This document shows, piece after piece, positions 21,124 through 30,234 of a DNA stretch of 64,000 nt (its first letter is position 1; each line of letters opens with the position of its first letter). The stretch covers positions 5,504,001 through 5,568,000 of the forward strand of contig OZ250169.1 of assembly GCA_965237955.1 (NCBI GenBank). The letters run 5' to 3'. Under the pieces are notes generated by a model. The model had not been told where the DNA came from, did not search any database, and saw only the letters and a list, made by a program, of their open reading frames with translations. The position numbers were made by a program, and so were the translations under genes. This DNA comes from Candidatus Marinacidobacterales bacterium (GTDB taxonomy: Bacteria; Acidobacteriota; Vicinamibacteria; Marinacidobacterales; SMYC01).

Positions 21124-21681
21124 ATGCGACTGACAGGGACCTTATTGATGCTAGCCTTCGCAGCCGGAGGCTGTCGACTGCCCGAATCGAAAGCCGCGTC
21201 TGGGCTCGAAGACATGGTAGAGCCTCGCTACGACGACGGCGGAGACCTAGTCCGTCCCGAGGGCTACCGTCATTGGGTATTCGTCGGGGCGTCGCTCGGC
21301 CTCAGGTACGCGAAAGATGGTGGACCGGTCGACGACGGTCCCGGCAGCTTCCACAACGTCTACATCCAACCCGAAGCGTACGCTTACTTCATGGACAATG
21401 GGGTCTTTCCCGAGAAAACGATGCTCGCGATGGAAACTTACGAGTCGGGAACGCGCGAGCCGAAGTCCGAGCTCACCGGCGGGTACTACGAAGACGCGTT
21501 CGCGGGGTTCTCGGTGGCGGTGAAGGACACCGAGCGCTTCGACGAAACCTGGGGCTACGTAGGCTTCGATGATGGCGATACCGCGGCGTCGTTTCCAAAA
21601 GAGCAGTGTTACGAATGCCACGCCGAGCATGGCGCAACCGATAACGTGTTCACGCAGTTTTATCCTATCCTACGCAGATGA
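21124..21681 (+). CDS. Cytochrome P460-like c-type cytochrome (probable lipoprotein)
   Basis: Lipobox-like AGGC; 'PEGYRHWVFVG', 'FHNVYI', 'VAVKD', C-terminal CYECH heme motif, 'VFTQFYP'. Confidence 0.85.
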   Translation: MRLTGTLLMLAFAAGGCRLPESKAASGLEDMVEPRYDDGGDLVRPEGYRHWVFVGASLGLRYAKDGGPVDDGPGSFHNVYIQPEAYAYFMDNGVFPEKTMLAMETYESGTREPKSELTGGYYEDAFAGFSVAVKDTERFDETWGYVGFDDGDTAASFPKEQCYECHAEHGATDNVFTQFYPILRR

Positions 21682-21776
21682 GAACTTTCGGGTCCATGTC
21701 ACCGGATGTGAGATGGACCAATTCGAAGAGATCATTGGGTCGTTCCTTCAGTAGCGATCCGATTAGGAGTGTGAAC

Positions 21777-22113
21777 ATGACGACGCGACGATCGTTTCTG
21801 AAGAGTGTTCCGGCGATCGATTTTCATCTCGAGATCGGTCGAGCGCGTATCGAATCTCGCGTCCTCGAGCTCGCGACGGCGCTCAAAAAGGGCCTGCACG
21901 ACGCCGGGATTCCGCTTCTGACTCCGATGAGTGCATCGCTGTGTCTGTACCGTGGCCGTCGCCCCCGAAAAGAGGCGCGAGCTCGTTTTCGAGCTCGACA
22001 AGCTAGGTGTCGCGGGCTCGCCGGCGGGTGGCTTGCGCCTGTGTCCGCACATCTACAACACGGAGGAGCATGTCGAGCGTGCCGTCCTCGCTGTGGCAGC
22101 CCTGATGGCCTGA
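21777..22113 (+). pseudogene. Class V aminotransferase remnant (internal deletion plus frameshift)
   Basis: Tat start 'MTTRRSFLKS' fused directly to C-terminal 'IDFHLEIGRARIESRV.ELA' and 'GLRLCPHIYNTEEHVER'; the PLP domain is missing. Confidence 0.7.
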
Positions 22114-22117
22114 CAAT

Positions 22118-23005
22118 ATGAAACGCGCGAACGTCCTGAGCGGGCTCGCCGTCGACAGGGCTTCGGGCCTTCGGACCGATCCGGTTCGTCTGGCCGAAGC
22201 GTGGGGTCGGCCGGAAACGCGCGTCCTTCCCGTGTGGCGCTCGAAGCACATCGTCGTCTCCGAGGAGCCGTCTCGGGTCGCGTTCGTTGACCCCGATCGT
22301 TTTCGGGATCACGATCGCGACAACGCGATCCTTCTCGGCCGACGCGACGGGGCGACCTTTTTTGCTGTGGATGTTTCCGAAATCGACGAGCCTCTCGACG
22401 AGCTGGGACTCGATGACGTTCATGTGATCATGGGCCTACGCGAAGTCGCATCCCTGTTGTCGCAGTCCGACGGAGCTCTCCTCGCTTACGCGAACGGCAT
22501 GATGAGCTGGCACCGTCGCCATCGCTTCTGTAGCGGGTGCGGTGCGGCGACCGCCTCCGCGCAAGCGGGTCATGTACGAGAGTGTACTTCCTGCGAAGAG
22601 CTTCATTTTCCTCGCACCGACCCCGCCGTGATCATGCTCGTGACCGATGGCGCCGAGTGTCTTTTGGGCCGTCAGTCCGCATGGCCGGACAAGGTGTACT
22701 CGACGCTTGCGGGTTTCGTCGAGCCGGGAGAGAGTCTGGAAGAGGCCGTTGCTCGTGAGGTCCAAGAAGAAGCGGGGATTCGAGTGGAGGATGTTCGCTA
22801 CCACTCGTCGCAGCCGTGGCCGTTTCCCGGCTCCTTGATGCTCGGCTTTACCGCGGTTGCGACGACGCGAGACATCGAACTTTCGACGGACGAGCTCGAA
22901 GATGCGCGTTGGTTCACCCGTGACAAGCTTCGTGCGGCCGAGGAAGTGCGGCTCCCGTCGGAGATCTCGATCGCACGCCGACTCATAGAAGATTGGCTCG
23001 AGTAG
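22118..23005 (+). CDS. nudC: NAD(+) diphosphatase NudC
   Basis: Zn ribbon 'FCSGCG...CTSC', 'FPRTDPAVIM', Nudix box 'GFVEPGESLEEAVAREVQEEAG', 'SQPWPFP'. Confidence 0.95.
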   Translation: MKRANVLSGLAVDRASGLRTDPVRLAEAWGRPETRVLPVWRSKHIVVSEEPSRVAFVDPDRFRDHDRDNAILLGRRDGATFFAVDVSEIDEPLDELGLDDVHVIMGLREVASLLSQSDGALLAYANGMMSWHRRHRFCSGCGAATASAQAGHVRECTSCEELHFPRTDPAVIMLVTDGAECLLGRQSAWPDKVYSTLAGFVEPGESLEEAVAREVQEEAGIRVEDVRYHSSQPWPFPGSLMLGFTAVATTRDIELSTDELEDARWFTRDKLRAAEEVRLPSEISIARRLIEDWLE

Positions 23006-23042
23006 AGCGCGGATCACGTTTCGCGTATGTACGCGACTAATC

Positions 23043-23429
23043 TTACCGCAGCTGGACGCCGCGCGAGATCCGGTCGCGGTTCTCGTCCTCACCGCCCGGC
23101 TTCTTGTCGGCGCCGTATGATGTGACGACGAGCGTCCCGGAGTCGACGCTGAGAGCGAACGGCGTGCCCCACGGGTCGAGCTCTTGACCAGGGTGGATGT
23201 GACCGTCGTCGACGAGCGCTTGCACGGTCTCCGGGTATGCCCCGTTCACGGAACGGTACGTGGCGGCGGCCTTGCGGATCCGAAGGACGTATGCCGTGAG
23301 CGCCGTTTCCGACACCCGCCCCGCCGCTTGGGACGAGGAAATCTCCGGATTGCGTTCGGTGGACTCGCACGCCAAAAAGAGAGTGTTTAGAACGCCAAGA
23401 AGGAATACAAGGGTCAGTGTGATTTTCAT
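23043..23429 (-). CDS. Lipoprotein with type II secretion GspG-like C-terminal domain
   Basis: MKITLTLVFLLGVLNTLFLAC lipobox; 'GAYP...LV...DPWGTPF...VTSYGADKKPGGEDENRD'; ATGA overlap with the upstream gene. Confidence 0.72.
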   Translation of the reverse strand: MKITLTLVFLLGVLNTLFLACESTERNPEISSSQAAGRVSETALTAYVLRIRKAAATYRSVNGAYPETVQALVDDGHIHPGQELDPWGTPFALSVDSGTLVVTSYGADKKPGGEDENRDRISRGVQLR

Positions 23430-24309
23430 TTGAGTTGAGTGATCAAGTCTTCGACGCGACGGCGGAAGAGCGCGCCATCGACCCACATGCGGGCGTCGGA
23501 CTCGAACGCTTCGCCGCCTCGGGTGCGCGCCCAAGTGGTCACCGGTCGCACGAGGTCCTCGTCTCGGATCCGGGCGTTTCGAATGTCGACGCCGCGTCCG
23601 TCGAGCTGGTCGAGAAGCGAGTGGTAGCTCGAAACCTCCGTTTCCGGCACGGACTCTCCGCTCGCGCGCGCCTTCAACGACTCCAGAGAACGGCACAGGG
23701 ATTCGATCGACGCCGTCGGCTGTTGTCCGCCCAGCGATTCGGGGATGCGCGTATTGGCATCGATGATCGCCCGCTCTATTTGCCGGGACGTCAGCCCGCG
23801 GGTGCCCTCGAGGTTGCAACCGGAGAGAGGTTGCAATGATTGAGCTCGGCGCCGGTCAGGTCGGCGCCCTCGAGGCTCGCACCGGTGCCTAGCGACTCGC
23901 GCAGGTCGGTGTTGTTCAAGCGTGCGTCTCGGAAGTCGGCTTTCCGGAAATCGACGACGGTAATCTGCGCACCCGCCAAGTTGACGCCGTAGAGCCGGGT
24001 GCGGCGGAGTTTGGCGCTTGCTAGAACCGCGTTCTCGAGGTTGGCTCGGAACAGGTCCGCGTCGTTCAGAACGATCTCATGGAGCATGGCTTCACGAAGG
24101 TCGGCGTGGCGCAGGTCCGCGCCGTTGAGCTTCGAGCGGATGAGGGTCGCCCCCTTGAGCCGCGCGTGGCTCAGATCGATGCCGTCGAGCTTCGCTGCCG
24201 GCATGCTCAGGCCTGTGAGATCGGGTGTCACGCTGCCGTTCTGAGAGCGCCAGTCGTTCCATTCTTCGATGCCCTGCCGTAGAAGGGCCTCGTGAGCCGG
24301 GTTTGCCAT
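23426..24309 (-). CDS. Pentapeptide repeat protein with unknown C-terminal domain (2-nt slip near 23825)
   Basis: 'MANPAHEALLRQGIEEWNDWR' then A(D/N)Lxx repeats; removing one CT from CTCTCT joins ORF 23791..24309 to 23426..23836. Confidence 0.8.
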
Positions 24310-24486
24310 CCGTGCCCCTTATTCGAACAAAACCAAAGTTTGGCCAAAGTTTGGATTGGGATACCTCTAGAATACCGCCGGATGCCCGAAGACGCCACCG
24401 CCGAAGCGATGGTGCAGGGTGGTGGTTTGTGCTATCGTCGCGTGTTTTGCGCACGCTAAGAGGGGGCGATCATTTCGGCATCGGAA

Positions 24487-25704
24487 ATGAACGGGGAAAC
24501 GGCCGCGGGCGAGACCACAGGTCAGAAACGAGACTACCCGGCATCGCAGGTTCATTTCCTCGAGGTCGACGGACGCGAGTTCATCCTCGTTGGTACGGCG
24601 CATGTTTCCCGCGAGTCCGCTGAGCTGGTTCGTCGTGTCATCGAGCAAGAAAAACCCGACCGGGTGTGCGTCGAGCTCGACGCGCAACGCTACCAGGCGC
24701 TGACGCAGAAGCAGCGATGGGAAGCGCTCGACATCAAGGAGGTCATTCGCAAGAAACAGCTGAGCACCTTGATGGTGAACCTGCTCTTGTCCGCGTACCA
24801 GAAAAGGCTCGGTGTGAAGCTAGGGGTGATGCCCGGCACCGAGCTTCTGGAAGCAACTCGAGCGGCCGAGGAGAACGGCATTCCGGTATCGCTATGCGAC
24901 CGCGATGTGCGGGTGACGCTCCGGCGCGCGTGGCGCTCGACGCCGTTCTTGAAAAAGGCGCTTCTGCTCTCGGCGATCCTCACCAGCGTTTTCGACGAGA
25001 AAGAAGTGACCGAAGAGCAAATCGAGGACATGCTCCAAGGTGACGTGCTCTCCGAGCTCATGAAAGAGCTCGGAGAAGCGATGCCGGCGTTGAAGCGAGT
25101 TCTGATCGACGAACGCGACATCTTCCTCACCCACAAGATGCGCGACTCCGAGGGTGAGCGGGTCGTGGCCGTCGTCGGTGCAGGTCATCTCGACGGCATC
25201 AAGAAAGCGCTCGCGGAGCACCAAACCGCCGACTTGGAAGCCATCAACACCATCCCCAAGGTGTCGCCCGCGTGGAAGTGGATCGGGTGGGGCGTGCCCG
25301 TCGCCATCCTCGGCTCGATCGCATACATCGGATGGTCGAAAGGTCCGGAGGCGGCGGGGGACAACGCGCTGTTCTGGATTCTCGCTAACGGTATTCCGTG
25401 CGCTATCGGCGCGGTGCTCGCTTTGGCGCATCCGCTCACGATTGTCGCCGCGTTCGTATCGGCCCCGATCACGAGCTTGACGCCCGTTATCGGAGCGGCG
25501 TACGTCACCGCGTTCGTCCAGGCGTGGGTGCGTCCACCCGTCGTCAAAGAGTTTCAAACCGTCGGCGAGGACATGAGCGTCGTACGCAAGTGGTGGCAGA
25601 ACAGGCTCCTTCGCGTGTTCCTCGCGTTCTTGTTACCTGGAATCGGTAGCATGTTCGGCTCGGTCGTGGGCGGTGTCGAGATTTTCAGCAACTTGTTCGA
25701 ATGA
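24487..25704 (+). CDS. TraB/PrgY/GumN family protein
   Basis: 'LVGTAHVS.ES', 'VCVELD..RY', 'PGTE', 'LIDERD', 'VVGAGH' plus C-terminal TM helices. Confidence 0.92.
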   Translation: MNGETAAGETTGQKRDYPASQVHFLEVDGREFILVGTAHVSRESAELVRRVIEQEKPDRVCVELDAQRYQALTQKQRWEALDIKEVIRKKQLSTLMVNLLLSAYQKRLGVKLGVMPGTELLEATRAAEENGIPVSLCDRDVRVTLRRAWRSTPFLKKALLLSAILTSVFDEKEVTEEQIEDMLQGDVLSELMKELGEAMPALKRVLIDERDIFLTHKMRDSEGERVVAVVGAGHLDGIKKALAEHQTADLEAINTIPKVSPAWKWIGWGVPVAILGSIAYIGWSKGPEAAGDNALFWILANGIPCAIGAVLALAHPLTIVAAFVSAPITSLTPVIGAAYVTAFVQAWVRPPVVKEFQTVGEDMSVVRKWWQNRLLRVFLAFLLPGIGSMFGSVVGGVEIFSNLFE

Positions 25705-27305
25705 ACCTCACTTACATCGACTTCATCGCGTTTGGGGCGTTTCTTGCCGTCGTTGTTGGGGTGTCGCTCTATGCAGGACGGCGCGAGCGGACGAGCGAAG
25801 ACTACTTTCTCGCGGGACGGAGTCTGACGTGGTGGCTCATCGGGGTATCGCTCATCGCGTCGAACATCTCGACCGAGCACTTCGTCGGCATGGCGGGTTC
25901 GGCATTCGGACGCGTCGGGCTCGCGATCGCGAGCTACGAGTGGATGGCCGCGGTGACGCTCGTGCTCGTCGGTTGGTTTCTGCTGCCGCGGTTTCTCCGC
26001 GCCGGTATCTACACGATGCCCGAGTACCTCGAATACCGCTACGACGCCAGAGCCCGCTCGCTCATGGCGTTTTACTTGATGGTGGCCTACATCGTCGTCG
26101 CCCTCGCCACGGTGTTGTACTCCGGCGCCATCGGCCTCATCGCGATCTTCGATTTGCCTGATTTGTTCCAGGCGCAGTTCGCGCTCGATGCCGAAGGTGC
26201 GCGGTACTGGTCGATGGTCGCGGCGATTTGGTTTATCGGCATCGTGGCGGGGGGGTACACGATCTACGGCGGCCTGAAGGCGGTCGTGTGGTCTGATCTC
26301 ATCCAGGGCACGGCACTGCTTCTGGGCGGCGTCATCGTGGTTCTGATCGGGTTCGACGTTCTCGGGGGTGATGCGGGGATTGCCGCCGGCGTGCGGGTGT
26401 TCCTCGAGGCGAACGGGGACAAGCTCCACACCGTGCTCCCGTGGAACGACCCCGATATGCCCTGGCTGGCCGTGTTCGTGGGCGGCCTGTGGATTCCGAA
26501 CTTGTTCTACTGGGGCTTGAACCAGTTCATCACCCAGAGGACCTTGGGTGCCAAAAGCCTCGCCGAAGGGCAGCGGGGGATCTTCTTTGCCGCGTTTCTG
26601 AAGCTTCTCATCCCCTTCATCATCGTGTTCCCGGGCCTCATGGCGTTCCAGCTGTACGGCAACGAGATCTCGAATCCTGACGAAGCCTATCCGTACCTGA
26701 TAAGCCGTATCCTCCCACCCCAGCTTCGCGGCGTCATGTTGGCGGCGCTCACCGGCGCGGTGATGAGCTCGTTCAACTCGATGTTGAACTCGGCGTCCAC
26801 GATTTTCACGATGGACCTCTACGCGCGGCACTTGCGCCCCGACGCGCCCACGAAACGCTTGGTCCGCGTCGGCCGCATCGCGACCGGAAGCTTCGCCGTG
26901 ATCGCGTGTCTTTGGGCGCCCACGATTTCCCGCTTTGAAGGCGTTTTCATTTATATTCAGACGGTATGGGGTTTCATCACGCCGGGCATCGTCGCAGCGT
27001 TTCTGTTCGGAATGGTCGTGAAAAAAGCGCCGCCGGCCGCCGCCATCGGAGCGATGCTCATGGGTGTGCCGCTCTACGGGTTTTTGTTGTGGCAGCTTCC
27101 GGAAGTGGCGTTCTTGCACCACATGGCGATCACGTTCATGGTGCAGGTCGTGTTCATGGCGGCCCTCACCCGGGCGCGACCTCTCAGCGAGCCAGTGAAG
27201 TTACCGGACGCGGGACGGGTGGACACGACGCCGATGAAAGGAAGTTTCGCGTGTGGAAGCGCCGTGATCGTGGCGACGGTCGTGCTCTATATCCTTTTTT
27301 GGTGA
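25701..27305 (+). CDS. Sodium:solute symporter (SglT-like sugar cotransporter)
   Basis: 'DYFLAGRSL.WW.IG.SLIASNISTEHFVG', 'YGGLKAVVWSD', 'YWGLNQFITQR.L'. Confidence 0.93.
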   Translation: MNLTYIDFIAFGAFLAVVVGVSLYAGRRERTSEDYFLAGRSLTWWLIGVSLIASNISTEHFVGMAGSAFGRVGLAIASYEWMAAVTLVLVGWFLLPRFLRAGIYTMPEYLEYRYDARARSLMAFYLMVAYIVVALATVLYSGAIGLIAIFDLPDLFQAQFALDAEGARYWSMVAAIWFIGIVAGGYTIYGGLKAVVWSDLIQGTALLLGGVIVVLIGFDVLGGDAGIAAGVRVFLEANGDKLHTVLPWNDPDMPWLAVFVGGLWIPNLFYWGLNQFITQRTLGAKSLAEGQRGIFFAAFLKLLIPFIIVFPGLMAFQLYGNEISNPDEAYPYLISRILPPQLRGVMLAALTGAVMSSFNSMLNSASTIFTMDLYARHLRPDAPTKRLVRVGRIATGSFAVIACLWAPTISRFEGVFIYIQTVWGFITPGIVAAFLFGMVVKKAPPAAAIGAMLMGVPLYGFLLWQLPEVAFLHHMAITFMVQVVFMAALTRARPLSEPVKLPDAGRVDTTPMKGSFACGSAVIVATVVLYILFW

Positions 27306-27309
27306 GCCA

Positions 27310-28673
27310 GTGAGCTCTCGAGATTGGCTGGAGCTCCTCGTGCCCACCGAGGAGGAGAAGGACCCGCGCTTTCGAGCCCAAGTCGATCGACTTTCGATCA
27401 TCGGGCTTCGCATCATCGCCGGGGTTTGTTTCGGCAGCGTGCTCTATTTCACGCTGACGGGACTCCTTCTCCCGCTCCCGGCCGAAGTTCAGGAAGAGCT
27501 GGGCGGGCTCGCGCATCCGATAACCATCTTGTCGCTGGGCGCGTTTGCGGTGGTGGTGTCGTTTTGGCGCCCTGCGAGGCCCCATGCTCGGTTGGCGGGG
27601 ATGTTCGTGGGTTACGGCGTTGCCGTGATCGATTTTTTAGCCTCGGCTCGATCGTAGAGAGTCCCGAGGTTGGCTACTTCCTCTTCTCCGGCATCGTCAC
27701 CGGCGTCATGCTGATCGGTATTACCGCGCTACCGCTGAAACCTCTTCAAACCTTGGGACTCGGTGGCGCAATCGCTGCCACCTATGGGATCGCGATCCCG
27801 CGCGTGTTCCCCCAGCTCGCTGGACAACGCGGTATCGAGCTCGTGTTCGTCGCTCAAGTCGTTTTCTTGTGCACGGCACTCACGATGGTGGTCTACCGCC
27901 AGCGGGTGCTCGCATACCGAGCCCGCCGCTCCGCGCGGGAGGCTCTCGACGAGCTCAGGAGGGCGCAGGCCCGCCTGCTAGTTTCCGAGAACGCTCACTC
28001 GCAGAGCCGTTTCGCGGCCGCACTGAGCCACGAGCTGAATACGCCGCTCGGCGCGCTGACGAGCGCTTTCGATACCATGCGCCACGTGTGCCACAAGGAG
28101 GGGCTCGGCGCCGACGAGCGCTATGCGGAGATTCTTGCGGGAGCCGAGACCGCTGGCCGAGGCTCGGCTGCCAGGCTCCAAGAGACGATCGAGCGGATGA
28201 GCTACCTGACGAACCTCGATCGGGCCGAGGAGCAGACGGTCGACTTGAACGAGCTTTGCCGCGAGACGGCGGCGTCGCTCAAGAGCCATTTGGAAGCGAA
28301 AACCGACTTGGATTTCGACTTGGGAGTGCTTCCGCCTCTTCGGTGCCGTCCTCAGCAGCTCAGCGCCGTGCTCTCGAATCTTCTCAGAAACGCCGCCGCC
28401 GCGATCGAAAGCCGAGGCCGTATCACCGTCTCGACGCGCAAGCGCGAGGGCAACGTCGTCCTTGAGGTCCGCGACACCGGGCGGGGCATCCCGAGCGCTC
28501 AGCTCGCGACTCTGTTCGAGCCGGCGTTTCAAGTCGAAAAGGGGCGCGTAGCGACCACGAATTGGGGGCTATTCGTGTGCCGGACGATCGTCACTGAGCA
28601 CGGCGGCCGGCTCGATATCGATAGCGAAGTCGGAAAGGGAACGACCGCGAAGATCGTGTTGCCTTGGATGTAA
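27310..28673 (+). CDS. Membrane sensor histidine kinase (frameshift in T run near 27635)
   Basis: TM-rich N-part in 27310..27657, rest in 27324..28673 with H-box 'LSHELNTPL', N-box 'NLLRNA', 'DTGRGI', 'GKGT'. Confidence 0.85.
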
Positions 28674-28862
28674 ACGTCCTAAGAAACATCGGCACCTACA
28701 CCCAGTTTTCCACATAAAGCGAAAGTCGTCCTCGAGGAAAATCCCTTTATTCTGGCTAGTTGCAAGCATCCGCAGCCCCTCGAACAGGTTTTCAACAAGT
28801 TTTTGCACAATGTTTGTGCGCTTGGACGGGTGGGGCAAAACGCGCAGTCTCGGATAGCCGCG

Positions 28863-29084
28863 TCAGCTTTGGCTTTGGCGTGACGCGAGGTGGAATCCAA
28901 TCACGGCTCCCACGGTGAGGCTCGCGAGCGTGGTCACTTTCTGGAGGAGCTCTCCCGCGGTAATCGAGTCCATCATGCCGAGATGCCGCGCGCTCTCGAC
29001 CATGCCGAACAGGACGATATAGACGCCCGCGACCATCAGGATCAGGTAGCGCGCACTGGCCTGGTTCAAACCTCTCATGTTCAC
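28863..29084 (-). CDS. Small two-TM hypothetical membrane protein
   Basis: 73-aa ORF with two hydrophobic segments in an otherwise empty intergenic gap. Confidence 0.5.
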   Translation of the reverse strand: MNMRGLNQASARYLILMVAGVYIVLFGMVESARHLGMMDSITAGELLQKVTTLASLTVGAVIGFHLASRQSQS

Positions 29085-29196
29085 CTATCGGTTCGGAGCG
29101 GAAGCTCCCTGAGTTGTGGGTGTACCATCTATAGTAGAGATGGACGGAAGATCTGTCAAAAATCCAAGACGGTGCGCAGGATCCTATAATGCAGTG

Positions 29197-30183
29197 ATGG
29201 AGACCCGTCGTTTGGGCAACACGAGCCTCGAGGTTTCGCGCATCGGGCTCGGGTGTTGGGCGATGGGTGGCGGCGACTGGCTGTTCGGATGGGGCCACCA
29301 AGACGATGCGGACTCGGTGGCGACGATCCGGCGCGCGGTCGAGCTCGGCATCAACTGGGTCGACACCGCGCCGGTCTACGGGCTAGGACACTCCGAAGCG
29401 GTCGTCGGGAGCGCGCTCAAGAGCATGCCGGCGTCGGAACGACCGCTGGTGTTCACTAAATGCAGCCGGGTGTGGACGCCGAGCGGTAAGATCCGGCACG
29501 CCCTCGAGGCTCGTTCGATCGAACGCGAGCTCGAGGATAGCCTCCGCCGGCTCGGTGTCGACACCATCGACCTCTATCAGATTCACTGGCCCGCTTATCC
29601 CGCGGACGGCCCCGCGCCCGACATCGAAGAGGGCTGGGAGACGCTCTCGCGACTGAAAGACTCCGGAAAAGTTCGGGAGATCGGTGTGTCGAACTTCAAT
29701 GTCGAACAGCTCGAGCGCATTCGGCCGATCGCGGAGATCGGCTCGCTGCAGCCTGCGTACTCGCTCATCCGGCGCGATATCGAGACGGACGTGTTGCCCT
29801 ATTGCGACGAGCACGGAATCGGCGTGATCGTCTACTCGCCCATGGCGTCGGGGCTTCTGAGCGGCAAGATGACACGGGAGCGCATCGCGTCGTTTCCGAG
29901 TAACGACTGGCGCAAAACGAAGAGCTTGGAGTTTCAGGAGCCGGCGCTCACGAAAAACCTCGCTTGCGCCGATCGCGTGCGCGCGGTCGCCGAGCCCCTC
30001 GGGCACTCGACCGCCGAGGTCGCCATCGCGTGGACGTTTCGCCATCCTGTCGTGACCGGCGCCATCGCAGGCGCGCGTCGTCCCGAGCAGCTCGACGATG
30101 TGGTCGGTGCGGCGGCCGTCGATTCAGTCGCGCTTGCCGGTCTTGATGAGCCAGGAGTAGTAGAACATCGGGATCAGAACTAG
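29197..30183 (+). CDS. Aldo/keto reductase
   Basis: 'GLGCWAMGG', 'DTAPVYG', 'DLYQIHWP', 'IGVSNF', 'YSPMASGLL'; TATAAT 6 nt before the ATG. Confidence 0.95.
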   Translation: METRRLGNTSLEVSRIGLGCWAMGGGDWLFGWGHQDDADSVATIRRAVELGINWVDTAPVYGLGHSEAVVGSALKSMPASERPLVFTKCSRVWTPSGKIRHALEARSIERELEDSLRRLGVDTIDLYQIHWPAYPADGPAPDIEEGWETLSRLKDSGKVREIGVSNFNVEQLERIRPIAEIGSLQPAYSLIRRDIETDVLPYCDEHGIGVIVYSPMASGLLSGKMTRERIASFPSNDWRKTKSLEFQEPALTKNLACADRVRAVAEPLGHSTAEVAIAWTFRHPVVTGAIAGARRPEQLDDVVGAAAVDSVALAGLDEPGVVEHRDQN

Positions 30184-30234
30184 TCCCGGCAGCACGAACA
30201 GCAGCAAGAAGCTTCCAAACGGCAACCCGAACAT
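30124..30234 (-). CDS. 36-aa single-TM peptide, likely accessory subunit of the symporter
   Basis: MFGLPFGSFLLLFVLPGLVLIPMFYYSWLIKTGKRD; TGATG overlap with the symporter stop. Confidence 0.6.
   Translation of the reverse strand: MFGLPFGSFLLLFVLPGLVLIPMFYYSWLIKTGKRD

Noticed and set aside
28700-28860. Chromosomal oriC
   Set aside because: Only three boxes, no clear unwinding element, and no dnaA/dnaN/gyrB context.
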